Assembly (NCBI GenBank): GCA_963977185.1
Contig: CAXBNV010000001.1
Coordinates: 118,619-182,618, forward strand
Direction: 5' to 3'
DNA: 64,000 bases
Source: an uncultured Gammaproteobacteria bacterium
GTDB lineage: Bacteria; Pseudomonadota; Gammaproteobacteria; JAGOUU01
Part shown: positions 63,501 through 64,000 of the stretch, in pieces
Numbering within the stretch: position 1 is the first letter of the stretch
Layout of the letters: every line of letters begins with the position of its first letter
The notes under the pieces: generated by a model
Told to the model about the DNA's origin: nothing
Seen by the model: only the letters and a program-made list of their open reading frames with translations
Database searches by the model: none
Position numbers and translations under genes: made by a program

Positions 63501-64000
63501 GTAAAAATAATGCTAACTTTAAGTTAAATGGTAAGAATGTTGACTTTGAGGTTAGAAAAAAATCTAATAGCTTATCAGGCGGTATTTCTTTTGATAATTT
63601 AGGTAAGTTATTAAGTAGTTTAAATATTGAGCAATATATTAATAAAGCTAGAGGATATTTAAGTTTTAACTTAGATAATATTGATAGCGATGACCCAAAA
63701 GGTAGTTTTTTTATATTGTTAAAAGATGGTGAAATTAAAAAAGTTGATCCAGGTATTGGGCGATTATTAGGAGCATTTAGTTTTAGTTCATTGCAACGTA
63801 AGATAAAATTAGATTTTAGCGATATAACCGATAGAAGTTATGCTTTTGATCAAGTGATTGGAAATTTTACTTTAGATAATCATAAAATTTTAGCTAAAGA
63901 TGTGAAAATATCTGGGCCATCTGCAGATATAGAATTGTCAGGAGATCTTAATATAAGAAAAAATTATTATACTTTATTGGCAGATGTTACCCCTAAAATA
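60593..64000 (+). CDS. YhdP/AsmA-family large inner-membrane-anchored protein; the 3' end lies outside the window
   Basis: Spot-checked translation is open from the ATG at 60593 to the window end, over 1130 codons. N-terminal transmembrane helix. N/K-rich beta-rich repeats. Position after mreBCD matches E. coli yhdP. It is absent from the ORF track because no stop codon falls in the window. Confidence 0.6.
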   Translation, partial: MQRKIKKGIKFLYFSISLLIIATCLLYLLLIFVLEYLSYHPEYVEDFVHNNINVTKIKQIKLKRRAHSLNINIYDLNLDKKIHVPKIEFKLNLVKSIFFQELVFDSMSISQAKINLNESSSVVNLFQLPKIIDSNNKENLDKILSNDNLNLYLNKGAQLLRQNIKKYKFIRNISISDTEFLIDSYKIHFNNIKIRTYLHKGYYNFKLRSWAHILHDNIKNNHVIIAANFRTSKHDSKVFTGTAFGHVKHLNMSNLEIFDNKYTGKITSASSLLEIKHNQLKKIKLDLDVDNLNNLKYKISNFKLYSVYLPKKELIFKKVDLDIQNKLTGDFYYINKANVKLNFENNENKLNKKFSDDLISSDYLVKIKGIKFFKKNTFKKPLDFNKILVHFNTFDSSDLNQINLNFSKFSGSYDNFSFNLKGAVFLPYKELKNNVFFDKIIDYKKSSFSLLTNLKQLPAAEIINYLPIYKLDKDIVKWVNDSFLSGNISNIDIIFRGGFNNDFPYDFKEDKSSKGQFIANITLDKFKLEYIKDWPVIDKLSGQIVFNTRDMDFVIEKGSIYSSSIENSIGHIKNIRKNYPNILHIDGIIKGPSQNIIKYLQNIDCKECSKDFLDNSSFSGDSLLKLSIKETLGTKIPTEISGKVSLQNAALQLKHKTKDSLFVNHIFGDINFNNDILSSNSIKLSWLDNVFDVKFNVKEDKLNNYMGDIQYSSLLSKNFFEQIINLYGQPESKFLNNYFKSMQGSSLFKGNVDFILQQDKITSLKFGLSSDLKGIASSIKYPFEKKSQDTKKFNITLNTNNLKSFNQVKVGQSNFKINYGNIKIFLNENSLSKDVYGKVILSDFSLHDIVNLHKFITENINNNKQINKNYFIKVYINNGTYNKDFKLVGTIVKKIIKNNVELSFNLDSLEFFDTAEKLYSSIQEIINISNIEKHHSKEISNNNIDLNFKIIIKKLYLNNYLLGSLVGDMSKNNANFKLNGKNVDFEVRKKSNSLSGGISFDNLGKLLSSLNIEQYINKARGYLSFNLDNIDSDDPKGSFFILLKDGEIKKVDPGIGRLLGAFSFSSLQRKIKLDFSDITDRSYAFDQVIGNFTLDNHKILAKDVKISGPSADIELSGDLNIRKNYYTLLADVTPKI

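Overview
This 64 kb window comes from a very AT-rich chromosome, roughly 28-30% GC judged by eye. Gene order is that of a gammaproteobacterium. It is most likely a Legionellales-type intracellular bacterium, because it carries a eukaryotic-like F-box/RCC1 protein and a histone-H1-like lysine/alanine repeat protein inside otherwise Pseudomonas/E. coli-like synteny. Most of the window is core housekeeping. The conserved blocks are: a UvrD/Rep helicase, mutS, pncC, recA, recX, alaS, lysC, csrA, tRNA-Ser and tRNA-Arg; then tgt, ung and rnr; tusDCB; a BI-1 family protein; pdxS and pdxT; a TerC protein and fadD; a DciA-like gene, an M23 peptidase and secA; an LPS inner-core cluster (an lpxL-kinase fusion, an hldE kinase-only gene, waaA, tRNA-Ala and tRNA-Glu); zapA, 6S RNA and ygfA with a TusA/PP-loop pair; priA, an ftsN-like gene, hslVU and ubiEJB; gatCAB; and mreBCD followed by a yhdP-like gene. 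One RNA gene, 6S RNA (ssrS), is absent from the ORF track and overlaps two spurious ORF calls. Accessory content sits next to the three tRNA-Ser genes. The clearest patch is 48.9-54.6 kb, which holds four orphan ORFs including an F-box + RCC1 effector-like protein. Two smaller patches lie at 21.7-23.4 kb (an orphan LuxR-type regulator) and 11.5-14.3 kb (an outer membrane protein with tandem proline-rich repeats). I found no CRISPR array, integrase, transposase or rRNA.
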